This document shows positions 24,854 to 38,429 of a stretch of DNA of 64,000 bases, piece after piece (the stretch's first letter is position 1; each line of letters begins with the position of its first letter). The notes under the pieces were generated by a model that worked only from the letters and a program-made list of their open reading frames with translations, was not told the origin of the DNA and made no database searches. Where the stretch lies: assembly GCA_951406725.2 (NCBI GenBank), contig OX597841.1:14322001-14386000 (forward strand). Reading direction: 5' to 3'. The DNA is from Octopus vulgaris. Its lineage: Eukaryota. The position numbers were made by a program, and so were the translations under genes.

Positions 24854-25525
24854 CTACCACCACCACCACCACCACTGCTACAACTACTACTGCTTCCAAG
24901 TTCTACAAGTGCTTTGTTAGTATTTCTTGTATGTATAAGTATGTGTGCGTGTGTGTCTGACTGTGTGTGTGTGGGTGTATAAGTATGTGTGCGTGTGTGT
25001 CTGACTGTGTGTATGTGGGTGTGAGTGTGTGTGTGTGTGTATTTATTGGTTCATTTTTGTAGTCTTTCCCTTGTTTCTATAATTGTTGACTGCGGCCATG
25101 CTGCAGCACAAAACTTCAATGGTTTCTTTTTTAATCAAAGAAACCAACCCCTGGACTTTTTTTTATTGTAAAGCCTAAGTACTTATTCCATCGGTTCCTT
25201 TTTGCCAAACTGCTAAGTTACAGGGACATAAACACACCAACACCGGTTGCCTAGTGGTGACTGGAGGACAAACACAGACACACACACACACACACACACA
25301 CTCATGTATATATATACATATAGGCGCAGGAGTGGCTGTGTGGTAAGAAGCTTGCTTCCCAACCTCATGATCCTGGGTTCAGTCCTACTGTGTGGCACCT
25401 TGGGCAAGTGTCTTCTAATATAGCCATAGGCTGACCAAAGCCTTGTCAGTGGATTTGGTAGATGGAAACTGAAAAATAAGAGAGCTAGGTTTTCCAAAAA
25501 AGGTAATAACTCCATGGGTTACTGT

Positions 25526-25735
25526 TACTCTTTACTCTTTTACTTGTATCAGTCATTTGACTGCGGCCATGCTGGAGCACCGCCTTTAGTCGAGCAAATC
25601 GACCCTGGGACTTATTCTTTGTAAGCCCAGTACTTATTCTATCGGACTCTTTTGCCGAACCGCTAAGTGGCGGCGACGTAAACACACCAGCATCGGTTGT
25701 CAAGCGATGTTGGGGGGACAAACACAGACACACAA

Positions 25736-25786
<51 letters not shown>

Positions 25787-25952
25787 TACGACGGGCTTCT
25801 TTCAGTTTCCGTCTACCAAATCCACTCACAAGGCTTTGGTCGGCCCAGGGGCTATAGCAGAAGACACTTGCCCAAGATGCCACACAGTGGGATTGAACCC
25901 AGAACCATGTGGTTGGTTAGCAAGCTACTTACCACACAGCCACTCCTGCGCC
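25526..25952 (-). mobile_element. SINE family A, full length
   Basis: Direct similarity. Confidence 0.92.
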
Positions 25953-27018
25953 TATACATTTGATTAAACACATCCTTCAAGGCAGTGCTCCAGCATGGCC
26001 ACAGTCTAATGAGGATATAAGTAAAAGATAACAGATGAAAGATGTGTGTGTGTGTGTCCCAGTTATGCACAAAGAAAACTTGAGCAATGGATCTGTTCTG
26101 AGGTTTTAAACAAAGCAACAGTAGAAAGCACACACACACGCACACACACAGACACACTGCACATACATACACACATACAGATATGCATACACACACACAC
26201 ACACAAACACGTACACACATGCATGCACACACACACACACACACACACACATGCACATGCAAACATACACTCACACACACATGCACACACACATACAGAC
26301 ACGCATGAACATACACACACATACAGATATGCTGTACATGCACACACACACACATGCACACACACATACAGACAGAGACACACACGTACAGATACACATA
26401 CACACATGCATGCACACACACACACATTCGTACACACATACACACACATACAGACAGGCAAGCACACACACATACAGACTAGCAAGCACACACACACATT
26501 CTTACACACATACACACACACCCCCTTTGACATATTTTTTGAAATCTCTTTGTTTGACTGCATCTATAAATATGTGTGTGTCTATACTTATATATATACA
26601 CACATATTAACATACAAACATATATACATACACATACATACACATATAGGCGAAGTCATGGCTCTGTGGTAAGAAGCTTGCTTCCCAACCACATGGTTCT
26701 GGGTTCAGTCCCACTGTGTGGCACCTTGGGCAAGTGTCTTCTACTGTAGCCCTGGGCCGACAAAAACCTTGTGAGTGGATTTGACGGATGGAAACTGAAA
26801 GAAGCTCATCATATATCATCATCATCATCATCATCATTTAGTATCTGCTTTCTATGCTGGCATGGGTCAGATGGTTTGACTGGGACCAGTAAGCCAGAGA
26901 GATGTACCGAGGTTCTGGTCTGATCTGGCATGGTTTCTACAGCTGGTTGCCCTTCTTGAGAGCAACCACACCCAAGAATGAGACAAAAAGAACCATTGAA
27001 AAGATTAACTAAAGATTT

Positions 27019-27427
27019 CAGGAGTGGCTGTGTGGTAAGTAGCTTTCTTACCAACCACATGGTTCCAGGTTCAGTCCCACTGCGTGGCATCTTGGGCAAG
27101 TGTCTTCTACTATATCCTCGGGCCGACCAATGCCTTGTGAGTGGATTTGGTAGACGGAAACTGAAAGAAGCCCGTTGTATATATGTACATATATATATGC
27201 ATGCGTGTGTATGTTTGTGTGTCTGTGTTTGTCCCCCTAGCATTGCTTGACAACCGATGCTGGTGTGTTTATGTCCCCCGTCACTTAGCGGTTCGGCAAA
27301 AGAGACCGATAGAATAAGTACTGCGCTTACAAAGAATAAGTCCGGGGTCGATTTGCTTGACTAAAGGCGGTGCTCCAGCATGGCCGCAGTCAAATGACTG
27401 AAACAAGTAAAAGAGTAAAAAAGAGTA
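27019..27427 (+). mobile_element. SINE family A
   Basis: Direct similarity. Confidence 0.92.
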
Positions 27428-27589
27428 ATACCTTCATGAACTCAGGTCAGCAGATCCGTTTCAAGAAGAAGATCAAGAAACTTCCTGTGAGAGATGAAAA
27501 GTGGAACGGCTATTGGGAGGTGACTGCAGATTTACCAGGGTGCCAGGGACTCTTTCACATCCCAGTTATGAAAAAACCTGACATCTTAA

Positions 27590-28115
27590 CCCTTTCGTTA
27601 CCAACCTGGCTGAAACCGTTCTGGCCCTGAGTACAAATGTCTTGTTTTCATATGTTTTGAATTAAAATCTTCCACCAAACCTTAGTCACAATTTATGTTC
27701 CTAACACTAGCTTAATGATAACGAAGTTATTTTACTAAATTCTTTGTTATCATCATCGTTTAGCGTCTGCTTTCCATGCTAGCATGGGTTGGACAGTTCA
27801 ACTGGGGTCTGTGAAGCCGGAAGGCTTCATCAGGCCCAGTCAGATCTGGCAGTGTTTCTACGGCTGGATGCCCTTCCTAACGCCAACCACTCCGCGAGTG
27901 TAGTGGGTGCTTTTTATGTGCCACCCGCACAGGTGCCAGACAGAGCTGGCAAATGGCCACGAACGGATGGTGCTTTTATGTGCCACCGGCACGGGGGCCA
28001 GACGAGGCTGGCAACGGACACGAATGGATGGTGCTTTTTACGTGCCACCGGCACGATATTTAAAGTATTTAAAAGAAACACAGAGCATCTCAAAATAAAT
28101 ACAGTAACGAAAGGG
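27590..28115. mobile_element. Non-autonomous piggyBac-like element (MITE)
   Basis: TTAA at 27586-89 and 28116-19; 12-bp TIRs CCCTTTCGTTAC / GTAACGAAAGGG. Confidence 0.88.
27751..28055 (-). mobile_element. RTE LINE 3' fragment nested in the MITE
   Basis: Close match to the reverse complement of 3000-3262. Confidence 0.88.
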
Positions 28116-28611
28116 TTAATGTGGTGTGGAGGAAAGAAAGTTGTGAATCTAGTCAAGTTAATGGTTCCTCATGAAGATAACATGGATGCTGCTCGGCCTT
28201 GAAAGATTGACCGTTATGTAAACCTCCTGGAGGAATGTGAAGACGCAGGCTGGAAAGCGGAACATTTTCCAATTGAAGTCAGATGTAGAGGGTTCGTTGG
28301 ACACAGTGTGAGACGACTTTGTTATCGTTGGTCCTAACTCTAACTCATCGTAAAGTCAATACCACCATGACCGATATCCAATCTACAGTGGAGAAGGCTA
28401 GTCACTGGATTTGGTTAAAAAGAGACGATGAGCAATGGCTAGAAGGATATTGAGCTTTATTTGATAACCAGCTGATCTAGCAAGTGAGGCCTCATATCAG
28501 TGAGGGGGTCCGGTGTGCATTGGTGCCCTCTGTCTATCTATCTGTGGGTTTGTCAATCTATCTTTCTACCTAACTATCAATATATCTATCTGTCTGTCTG
28601 TCCGTCCATCC

Positions 28612-28672
<61 letters not shown>

Positions 28673-29214
28673 CCTATCCATCTCACTCTCTTTGTCTATC
28701 TACCTATCTATGCATGTATATATGTATGTATACGTCTGTCTGTTTGTCTGTCTACAAATATATATATATATATATATACATATATGCACACACACACACA
28801 CACACACACCAATATCTATGCAATGTGTGTCATGTGTTAACTCAGTAGGGAGTTAACCCCTAACCCCCCCCATCCAACTCCTCTCCTTCCCACCCACCTA
28901 CCTCTACAGGCCCCAGACAGCCCTTACTGGGGGTAAGACTGTTTCTAGGCTGGCAGACGACACAGATTACGTTACACATAGAGGTCCCCTTTGTTTACCC
29001 AAAGAACTGAATAGCAGAGAAGGAATTGGGTAAGGTTCTAGGTTGGGTCGGGTTGAGGGTGGGTTAGAGGATGGAGGTGGGCGGGGCGGGGCGGGGGGGC
29101 TAAGAGAAATGGGTGTGGCAGGAGAGAGGGGAGAGGTTTTTTTTTTGAAAAGTAGAAGGGAAATTTTAGGGTCTAAGAACGTGTGTGAGTGTGTGTATGT
29201 ATGTATATTTTCCG

Positions 29215-29574
29215 AGGCTGTGTGGTAAGTAGCTTGCTTACCAATCACATGGTCCCGGGTTCAGTCCCACTGCGTGGCACTTCGAGCATGTGTCTTCTAC
29301 TATAGCCTCGGGCCGATAGAAGGAGCCTGTCGTATATCTATATATATGTATGTGTGTGTATTTGTGTGTCTGTTTGTCCTCCCAGCATCACTTGACAACC
29401 GATGCTGGTGTGTTTACGTCCCCGTAACTTAGCAGTTTGGCAAAAAGAGACCGATAGAATAAGTACTAGGCTTACAAAGAATAAGCTCTGGGGACGATTT
29501 GCTCGACTATAAAGGTGGTGCTCCAGCATGACCACAGTCAAATGACTGAAACAAATAAAAGAGAGTAAACGAGA

Positions 29575-29633
<59 letters not shown>

Positions 29634-30206
29634 CATATATACGACGGGCTTCTTTCAGTTTCCGTCTAGCCAAATCCACTCACAAAGCTTTGGTCAGCTC
29701 GAGGCTATAGTAGAAGACACTTGCCCAAGGTGCCATGCAGAGGGTCTGAATCTAGAACCATGTGGTTGATAAGCAAACTTCTTACCACACAGCCCCTCTT
29801 GTGCCTATATATATAGACACATACACACACATATCTATATATATATGAGTGGCTGTGTGGTAAGTAGCTTGTATACCAACCACATGGTTCCGGGTTCAGT
29901 CCCACTGCGTGGCACCTTGGGCAAGTGTCTTCTATTATAGCCTCGGGCCGACCAAAGCCCTGTGAGTGGATTTGGTAGTCAGAAACTGAAAGAAGCCCAT
30001 CGTATATATCTATATGTATATGTGTGCGTGTGTGTGTGTGTGTGTCTGTGTTTGTCCCCCTAGCATTGCTTGACAACCGATGCTGGTGTGTTTATGTCCC
30101 CGTTACCTAGCGGTTCGGCAAAAGAGACTGATAGAATAAGTGCTGGGCTTACAAAAGAATAAGTCCCGGCATGGCCGCAGTCAAATGACTGAAACAAGTA
30201 AAAGAG

Positions 30207-30207
<1 letters not shown>
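29215..30207. mobile_element. Cluster of three SINE family A copies (29215-29570 +, 29640-29805 -, 29848-30207 +), with internal deletions
   Basis: Direct similarity. Confidence 0.85.
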
Positions 30208-30265
<58 letters not shown>

Positions 30266-30663
30266 GTGTGTGTCTTTTATATCTTATCTTTCATTTGTTT
30301 CAGTCATGGCCATGCTGGAACACCACCTTCAAGAAATACAGTTACAGTAGGAAAAAATCCGACTTTAATAATGTTTTTATTTTCATTTTTATTACACTGC
30401 CTATTAAGGTTCCAACTTATCTAATAGCAGACGATGTTCATGTTTTGAGTCTATGCTCTTCTTCAGTAAGGAGCAAGGAGCGACAAAAACACACAGATTT
30501 TACTTCTTTTTCTTTTTTCATAGAACATGCAATATGCTATTCTTGATTTGTACCAAACCAATCAACCGTGACTTCTCACCTGTTCTGAACTCTTCAACGT
30601 CTGTTAAAATCGTCCAACTCATGCCAGCATGGAAAACAGATAGCAAATAATGATGGTGGTGTT

Positions 30664-30664
<1 letters not shown>

Positions 30665-30703
<39 letters not shown>

Positions 30704-30709
30704 ATCTGC

Positions 30710-30766
<57 letters not shown>

Positions 30767-30779
30767 CATCTATATCTGC

Positions 30780-30825
<46 letters not shown>

Positions 30826-30827
30826 GC

Positions 30828-30893
<66 letters not shown>

Positions 30894-31076
30894 CTATCTA
30901 TCTATCTATCTATCATATGTAGAAAAATACAAACTGGGACAAGAACGTAAAACATTTAGAAGAAGATACAAAAAACACGGACGGGACATTCGAAGCCTTC
31001 AATCTTCAGTCAAGAACCGGATCATCCTCGCAATTTCGGCTGATTAATCTTGAGATCGCTCCAATCCGGCCAGCCC

Positions 31077-31116
<40 letters not shown>

Positions 31117-31140
31117 ATCTATCTATCTATCTATCCATCA

Positions 31141-31196
<56 letters not shown>

Positions 31197-31220
31197 ATCT
31201 ATCTATCTATCTATCCATCA

Positions 31221-31310
<90 letters not shown>

Positions 31311-31312
31311 TT
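30665..31312. repeat. (TCTA)n arrays interrupted by an unclassified dispersed repeat (30920-31076; paralogue 40345-40680)
   Basis: Direct reading; shared gggacaagaac...aaaacat...agaagatacaaaaaa...cattcgaag. Confidence 0.85.
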
Positions 31313-31407
31313 ATCCATTTGTCTATCTCTCTCTCTCTTTATATATATATACACACACACATGCATATATATATACACACATGCATACATATATGTATAT
31401 TCATATA

Positions 31408-31461
<54 letters not shown>

Positions 31462-31669
31462 AAAGAGAAAGAGTATAAAAAGAAAGAGAGAGAGTGAGAG
31501 CGGGAGAAAGAGAGACACAAAGAGAGACACAAAGAGAGAAGGACAGACAGGAAGATAGAGAGAGAGAGGACGAGAGAGAGGGAGAGAGGAAGAGAAGTGT
31601 CAGTTATGTTGAGATGAAATTTGAAATCCTGTATGTCACATGATAGGAAAAGAACAAGAAGCAAAGAGG

Positions 31670-31703
<34 letters not shown>

Positions 31704-31704
31704 A

Positions 31705-31738
<34 letters not shown>

Positions 31739-31900
31739 CATCTGTTGTTGGCTGATGTTTGTAAAGTTTGTAAAGCCAGTTCTAATAACAAAGAAACTTA
31801 GCTAATATACATATTTTCAGATGTGTATACACACACACCCAGCCACCCACACATAATATATATGTATATACTCACCCTGAATTTCTATATACATATACAT

Positions 31901-31972
<72 letters not shown>

Positions 31973-31989
31973 ATATGTATATATATATG

Positions 31990-32129
<140 letters not shown>

Positions 32130-32443
32130 CATATGTATATATGTATGTATGTACACGTACATACATATATATATGTGTGGGTGTGTATGTATATGCTCAC
32201 ACACACATACATATATATGTTTATATACACATATCTGCATATGTGTGTGTGTGTGTGTGTGTGTAATATTTTGGACTAATGTGTATATGTCAATTAGTAT
32301 GCTGATGTGTTGAGTAAAACACTGACACAGTTTCTGGCTACCTGATGTCATCTGAAGTTTGGGTGTATTTCTGTTGAATCTAGTTCAGTAATTCGACAGT
32401 GTTAATTGAAATAATAATCAATTAAGTAAACAGATGCAGTATA

Positions 32444-32604
32444 GGCGCAGGAGTGGCTGTGTGGTAAGTAGCTTGCTTACCAACCACATGGTTCCGGGTT
32501 CAGTCCCACTGCGTTGCACCTTGGGCAAGTGTCTTCTACTATAGCTTCAGGCCGACCAAAGCCTTGTGAGTGGATTTGGTAGACGGAAACTGAAAGAAGC
32601 CTGT

Positions 32605-32678
<74 letters not shown>

Positions 32679-32868
32679 TCTGTGTTTGTCCCCCTAGCAT
32701 TGCTTGACAACCGATGCTGGTGTGTTTATGTCTCTGTTACTTAGCGGTTCGGCAAAAGAGACTGATAGAATAAGTACTGGGCTTACAAAGAATTTGTCCC
32801 CGGGGTCGATTTGTTCAACTAAAGGCGGTGCTCCAGCATGGCCACAGTCAAATGACTGAAACAAGTAA
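32444..32868 (+). mobile_element. SINE family A, full length
   Basis: Direct similarity. Confidence 0.92.
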
Positions 32869-32898
32869 TTATACAGTTTCACTATACAATAATAAGTG

Positions 32899-33278
32899 GA
32901 GGCGCAATGGCCCAGTGGTTAGGGCAGCGGACTCGCGGTCGGAGGATCGCGGTTTCGATTCCCAGACTGGGCGTTGTGAGTGTTTATTGAGCGAAAACAC
33001 CTAAAGCTCCATGAGGCTCCGGCAGGGGATGGTGGTGATCCCTGCTGTACTCTTTCACCACAACTTTCTCTCACTCTTACTTCCTGTTTCTCTTGTACCT
33101 GTATTTCAAAGGTCCAGCCTTGTCACAATCTGTGTCACGCTGAGTCTCCTCGAGAACTACATTAAGGGTACACGTGTCTGTGGTGTGCTCAGCCACTTAC
33201 ACATTAATTTCACGAGCAAGCTGTTCCGTTGATCGTATCAGCTGGGTCCCTCATTGTCGCAACCGACGGAGTGCTCCT
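32899..33278 (+). mobile_element. tRNA-derived SINE family C, full length
   Basis: A box tggcccagtgg and B box gtttcgattcc; close paralogue on the minus strand at 40755-41131. Confidence 0.88.
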
Positions 33279-33717
33279 ACCTATAAAATAATATCTTTAT
33301 TGTTGGGTCTTCTTCCCTACAAGCCGAGCAAAATCACTGTCATGGCAGATACTGGTGTCATACAAATTGGCACTCGTGCCGGTGTCACACAGACGGCACC
33401 TGTGCTGGTGGCATGTAAAAAGCACCCATTACACTCATGGAGTGGTTGGCGTTAGGAAGGGCATCATTCTTCTCATTTCTTCTGAATCACTTCCACTCCC
33501 TTCTTGGGTACCGTTGCTGGTGCCACATAGAAAAGTATCATGCTGGCGCCTTGTAAAAGGCACTGGCACTGGTGCCACATGGAAACCAACCACTGCACTC
33601 TGTAAAGTGGTTTGGCATTAGGAAGGGCATCCAGGTGTAAAAACCATGTCAGAAAAGACAACTGGAGTCTGGAGCACCCCTTGACCTTACCTGTTCTTGT
33701 CAAACTGTCTAACCCAT

Positions 33718-34283
33718 GGCTGGAAAATCTTTGATCATAGCTCTACTGGATCAGGACTGACCTGGGGCTAAACAGCAAGGAAGGACATAGTATATAATGT
33801 TGTCTTAGATGCACTATGCCTGAATAACAGATGGGATGGTCATGGCTGGAAAATCTTTGATCATAGATCTGCTGGATCAGGACTGACCTGGGGGTAAACA
33901 GCAAGGAAGGACATAGTATATAATGTTGTCTTAGATGCACTATGCCTGAATAACAGATGGGATGGTCATGGCTGGAAAATCTTTGATCATAGCTCTACTG
34001 GATCAGGACTGACCTGGGGCTAAACAGCAAGGAAGGACATAGTATATAATGTTGTCTTAGATGCACTATGCCTGAATAACAGATGGGATGGTCATGGCTG
34101 GAAAATCTTTGATCATAGATCTGCTGGATCAGGACTGACCTGGGGGTAAACAGCAAGGAAGGACATAGTATATAATGTTGTCTTAGATGCACTATGCCTG
34201 AATAACAGATGGGATGGTCATGGCTGGAAAATCTTTGATCATAGATCTGCTGGATCAGGTCTGACCAGGGGTTAAACAACAAC
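33718..34283 (+). repeat. 126-bp tandem repeat, 4.5 units, with a 252-bp higher-order dimer
   Basis: Units start at 33718, 33844, 33970, 34096 and 34222; variants alternate A-B-A-B-B'. Confidence 0.95.
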
Positions 34284-34490
34284 AAAAAAACAACATTGTC
34301 AAGCTAAATAATTTTTGCAGTTCTCAATCTCTCTCTAATCCAAAAAAGCTGTTTTAGTATTTAACATTCCCTAAAGCCTAAAGCAGTTGTATAATTAATC
34401 TAATTGATGGATTAATTAATTTTTCTGTAATTAATTACTAGCAGCCAACCAACCAATAAATCACTCACACTTCATTTTATTCTCTTTGGT

Positions 34491-34580
34491 GTGAAGGTAC
34501 CCAGGGTGTGAAGGTACCCAGGGTGTGATGGTACCCATCTGTGAAGGTACCTGGGTATAAAGGTACCCAATCAGGATACC
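34491..34580 (+). repeat. 17-bp minisatellite gtgaaggtacccagggt
   Basis: About 5 decaying units. Confidence 0.85.
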
Positions 34581-34798
34581 CTGAAATTGTTGTTGTTGGT
34601 GTTGGAGTAGAAGTCTTATGTTTAGGAGGAAAGCTCTTGTGAATTTGTTGAAAACATATGAAAGTATCCCTATTTCTATATTGCCCACAAGGGGCTAAAC
34701 ACGGAGGGGACAAACGAGGACAGACAAACGGATTAAGTCAACCCCAGTGTGTAACTGGTACTTAATTTATCGATCCCGAAAGGGTGAAAGGCAAAGTC

Positions 34799-34892
34799 GA
34801 TGATGATGACAATGATGATGTTGATGATGATGATGATGATGATGATGACAATGAAGAGGATGATGTTGATGATTGTGGTGGTGATGATGATG

Positions 34893-34924
<32 letters not shown>

Positions 34925-35221
34925 GATGATTGTGGTGGTGATGATGATGATGATGATGATGATGATTGTGGTGGTGGTGATGATGATGATGATGATGATG
35001 ATGATGGTGATGATGATGGTGGTGGTGGTGGTGATGGTGATGATGATGATGATGATTGTGGTGATGATTATGATGACGATGACGACGACGACGACGATGA
35101 TGATGATGATTGTGATGATTATGATGATGATGATGATGATGATGATTGTGATGATGATGATGATGATGGTAATGATGATGATGATGTTGATGATGATGAT
35201 GATGATGATGATGGTGATGGT

Positions 35222-35260
<39 letters not shown>

Positions 35261-35273
35261 CGATGATGATGAT
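34799..35273. repeat. (GAT/GGT)n array
   Basis: Direct reading. Confidence 0.95.
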
Positions 35274-35499
35274 ACAATCGACACTCTCAGGAACACTAAT
35301 GGTCCTATCATTTAGTAAATGCTAAACTGTTGCATGCAAATACAGAGTGAAGGCAGTCAAACTGCAATTGTTACACCATGAAGTTTTACTTTCTAAAGGG
35401 CATGTCCCTTAAACAGCCCTTTGAATACTGTGCCTGTATGCATCCTGCTAGCAACATGTAAGCAAGCTACATAAGGCTCGCTGTACACTTCTTCAAGAT

Positions 35500-36468
35500 T
35501 TACCAGCACAAATGTATCATTCTGTCAGTGTCACTTGGAAAATGCTACATCACTGTCAAAGAACATTTGGATATTGGGAAATAGAGAAAGAGACCACCAG
35601 TATTTCACAGGTAGCGCTAGACAGAGCAGAAACATTTAATAATGTATTAAATTTCTATCATGTTTGTCTCGCTGAGAAATGCCCACATTACTTGCTGCCA
35701 TCCTCCTTCATCCTTAAATAAAAGGGACCAAACTTGCCAACACCTTCCCAAATCTGCCTGCACTTGCACAGCGTTTCATTCCATCATTGTTAGTAGAAAA
35801 ACACCTCACCATTCTCAAAGTACATTTGGAAATCAAGAAATAAAGAAAAGGCCATTGTTGTTCTCATTCGTAGGGTTAGACAGAGCAAACCCCAACGTTG
35901 TCTGCTGCCATTCTACTTCATCTTTAAATCAAGAAGACCAAACTAATATCATTTTGCCAGCATGTACCTAAATGTGCCTGCACACGTGTAACATCTCATT
36001 CTACTTGGAAAATATCACACCATGCTCAAAGTAGATTTGGAAATCTAGAAACGAAGAAAAAAAAACACCATTTCAGCAGATTCCAACATTATATGCCACC
36101 TTTCTGATTTATCTTTATATAAAAAAAGGCCAAACTTAATATCACCTTGCCAAAACATTCCCATATATGTCTGCATCTGCAGAACATTTCAGTTCATTAT
36201 TACAACAGAGAAAACACCACACCACTCTCAAAGTACATTTGGAAGCCTAAAATTATAGAAAAGATCACCATCAGATTCCAACATTATATGCCACCTTTCT
36301 GATTTATCTTTACATAAAAAAAGGCCAAACTTCATATCACCTTGCCAAAACATTCCCATATATGTCTGCATCTGCAGAACATTTCAGTTCATTATTACAA
36401 CAGAGAAAACACCACACCACTCTCAAAGTACATTTGGAAGCCTAAAATTATAGAAAAGACCACCATCA
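35500..36468 (+). repeat. Old diverged tandem array; the last two 195-bp units are near identical (36077, 36272)
   Basis: Motif cacca..ctcaaagtacatttggaa....gaaa...gaaaag recurs five times. Confidence 0.8.
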
Positions 36469-36857
36469 TTCACATGGGCAGTGATAGATGAAACACAGAT
36501 GTTAGATAAGGTAGACCTCACCGACACATGCTTAAATCTTTCCTAGAACATTTCTATGGAAGCCCACCCACAGCAGCATTCTCATGCATGACAAAATGGC
36601 AACAAGTAATTTACCCCACATGGAATCATCTTATTATATTCTAACATTCTAAAAGTGCATGGTTGACCAATTACATGAAACCCAGGACCAGGGCTCCTGG
36701 TACACACAGCTGCATATCTCACGCATAAATTAACATATATTACACTTTGCAGATTTCTTCCTACACAAAACTGTATGAAGTACTTTTGTATTTTTGTAAC
36801 ACAAAATATAAAAAAAAAACTATAAATGCATATCTACCTAACTAACTACTTAGTTAT

Positions 36858-36900
<43 letters not shown>

Positions 36901-37022
36901 ATATGTACATGTACATGTGTATGTGTTAGTATATATATCCATGTTTATATATATATATATACATATGCATGTAGATGCTTGTGTACATATATACATACAT
37001 ATATATATATTTATATATACAT

Positions 37023-37063
<41 letters not shown>

Positions 37064-37178
37064 GAGAGAGAGAGAGAGAGAAGGACATTCATACATATAT
37101 ATAAATGCATATATATGTGTGTGTATGTATATATATGTACAAATGCATGTATGTAGATACTTGTGTACATATATACAT

Positions 37179-37262
<84 letters not shown>

Positions 37263-37341
37263 GTATATATAGATAGATATAGATATAGTTATATAGAAAT
37301 ATATATACATACACACACACACATATATACATATATATGTA

Positions 37342-37390
<49 letters not shown>

Positions 37391-37401
37391 ATGTGTAATT
37401 G

Positions 37402-37443
<42 letters not shown>

Positions 37444-37495
37444 ATAAATCTATATACATATATATATATAGATATAGATAGAGATATATTACACA

Positions 37496-37539
<44 letters not shown>

Positions 37540-38152
37540 TGTATATATATAGAGAGGGAAGGTGTGTGTGTGTGTGTACAGGAGAGCGGGAAAGAGCAAC
37601 CTCGAACATCGACCCCTGGTTCCTATTTTCTACCAGCAGACAGTCTGGTATGTCGAGGCACGCGGCAGATTAAGCCGTGCCAGATTTGGAAGCCAGATGG
37701 CAGCAGCGGTGGTGGTGGTGGTGGTGGAGGCGGTAGAGATGGCGGTGGAGGTGGTGTGAAATCTAAATGAGATGGAAATGTGAAGTTACGTGTACTACAC
37801 CGACACACATACTTTATATGTCCGTACGCAGCTGCATACGCGTGTACCTGCATACATCGTTGCATGCAGGCACAGGTGCCAATGAGGAAGCCTGTATATG
37901 GTTGCCTGATTCGCTAAAAATATCAGTCGAATCTCACTGATATCACACCACCGCTCACATAGAATACTGATACTATAATGATATTAGCCAGAACCCTTGT
38001 CTGGTTCCAGATCGATTCCAGTGGTAGTCATGGAACGTGAAGGTGGCTTTAGAAAATTCAGCAACAGTAATAAATAGTTTATCCTTATCTAACATAAGCC
38101 AAAGTTAACAAATTCACCATTCAAAATAGTTTCAAAGGCAGAGGTAATAATG

Positions 38153-38201
<49 letters not shown>

Positions 38202-38376
38202 TAATAATAATAATAATAATAATGCATTTTAATTTAACTTTAAAAAAAAAAAATGAACAAACTAGTGAGTTTAGTTTAATGGCCTACCAATGTATACTAT
38301 GAGTTTCTTTGCCCTAGGAGTCGGGAAGACACTCAGCAAGAAATGGAAGCAAATTTGAAAGAAGAATAAAAAAAAG

Positions 38377-38407
<31 letters not shown>

Positions 38408-38429
38408 GAAGAAGAAGAAGAATAGCATA

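Larger units (their letters stand above)
27430..28453 (+). pseudogene. C-terminal restriction-like endonuclease (RLE) region of a HERO/R2-group non-LTR retrotransposon, interrupted by a MITE
   Basis: Removing 27590-28119 restores the frame: WEVTADL...KKPDILMWCGGKKVVNLVKLMVPHEDNMDAARP*KIDRYVNLLEECEDAGWKAEHFPIEVRCRGFVGHS...VEKASHWIWLKRDDEQW (RPD..ELTVP..K..Y..GW..P.EV..RGF-like motifs). Confidence 0.85.

Noticed and set aside
27432-27578. Minus-strand host exon with cag/gtatta boundaries
   Set aside because: Stops in all three frames; the plus strand is explained by the RLE retroelement
32899-32972. tRNA gene (also 11463, 41060-41131, 50100)
   Set aside because: Imperfect cloverleaf that continues into a multicopy SINE body, so these are SINE heads
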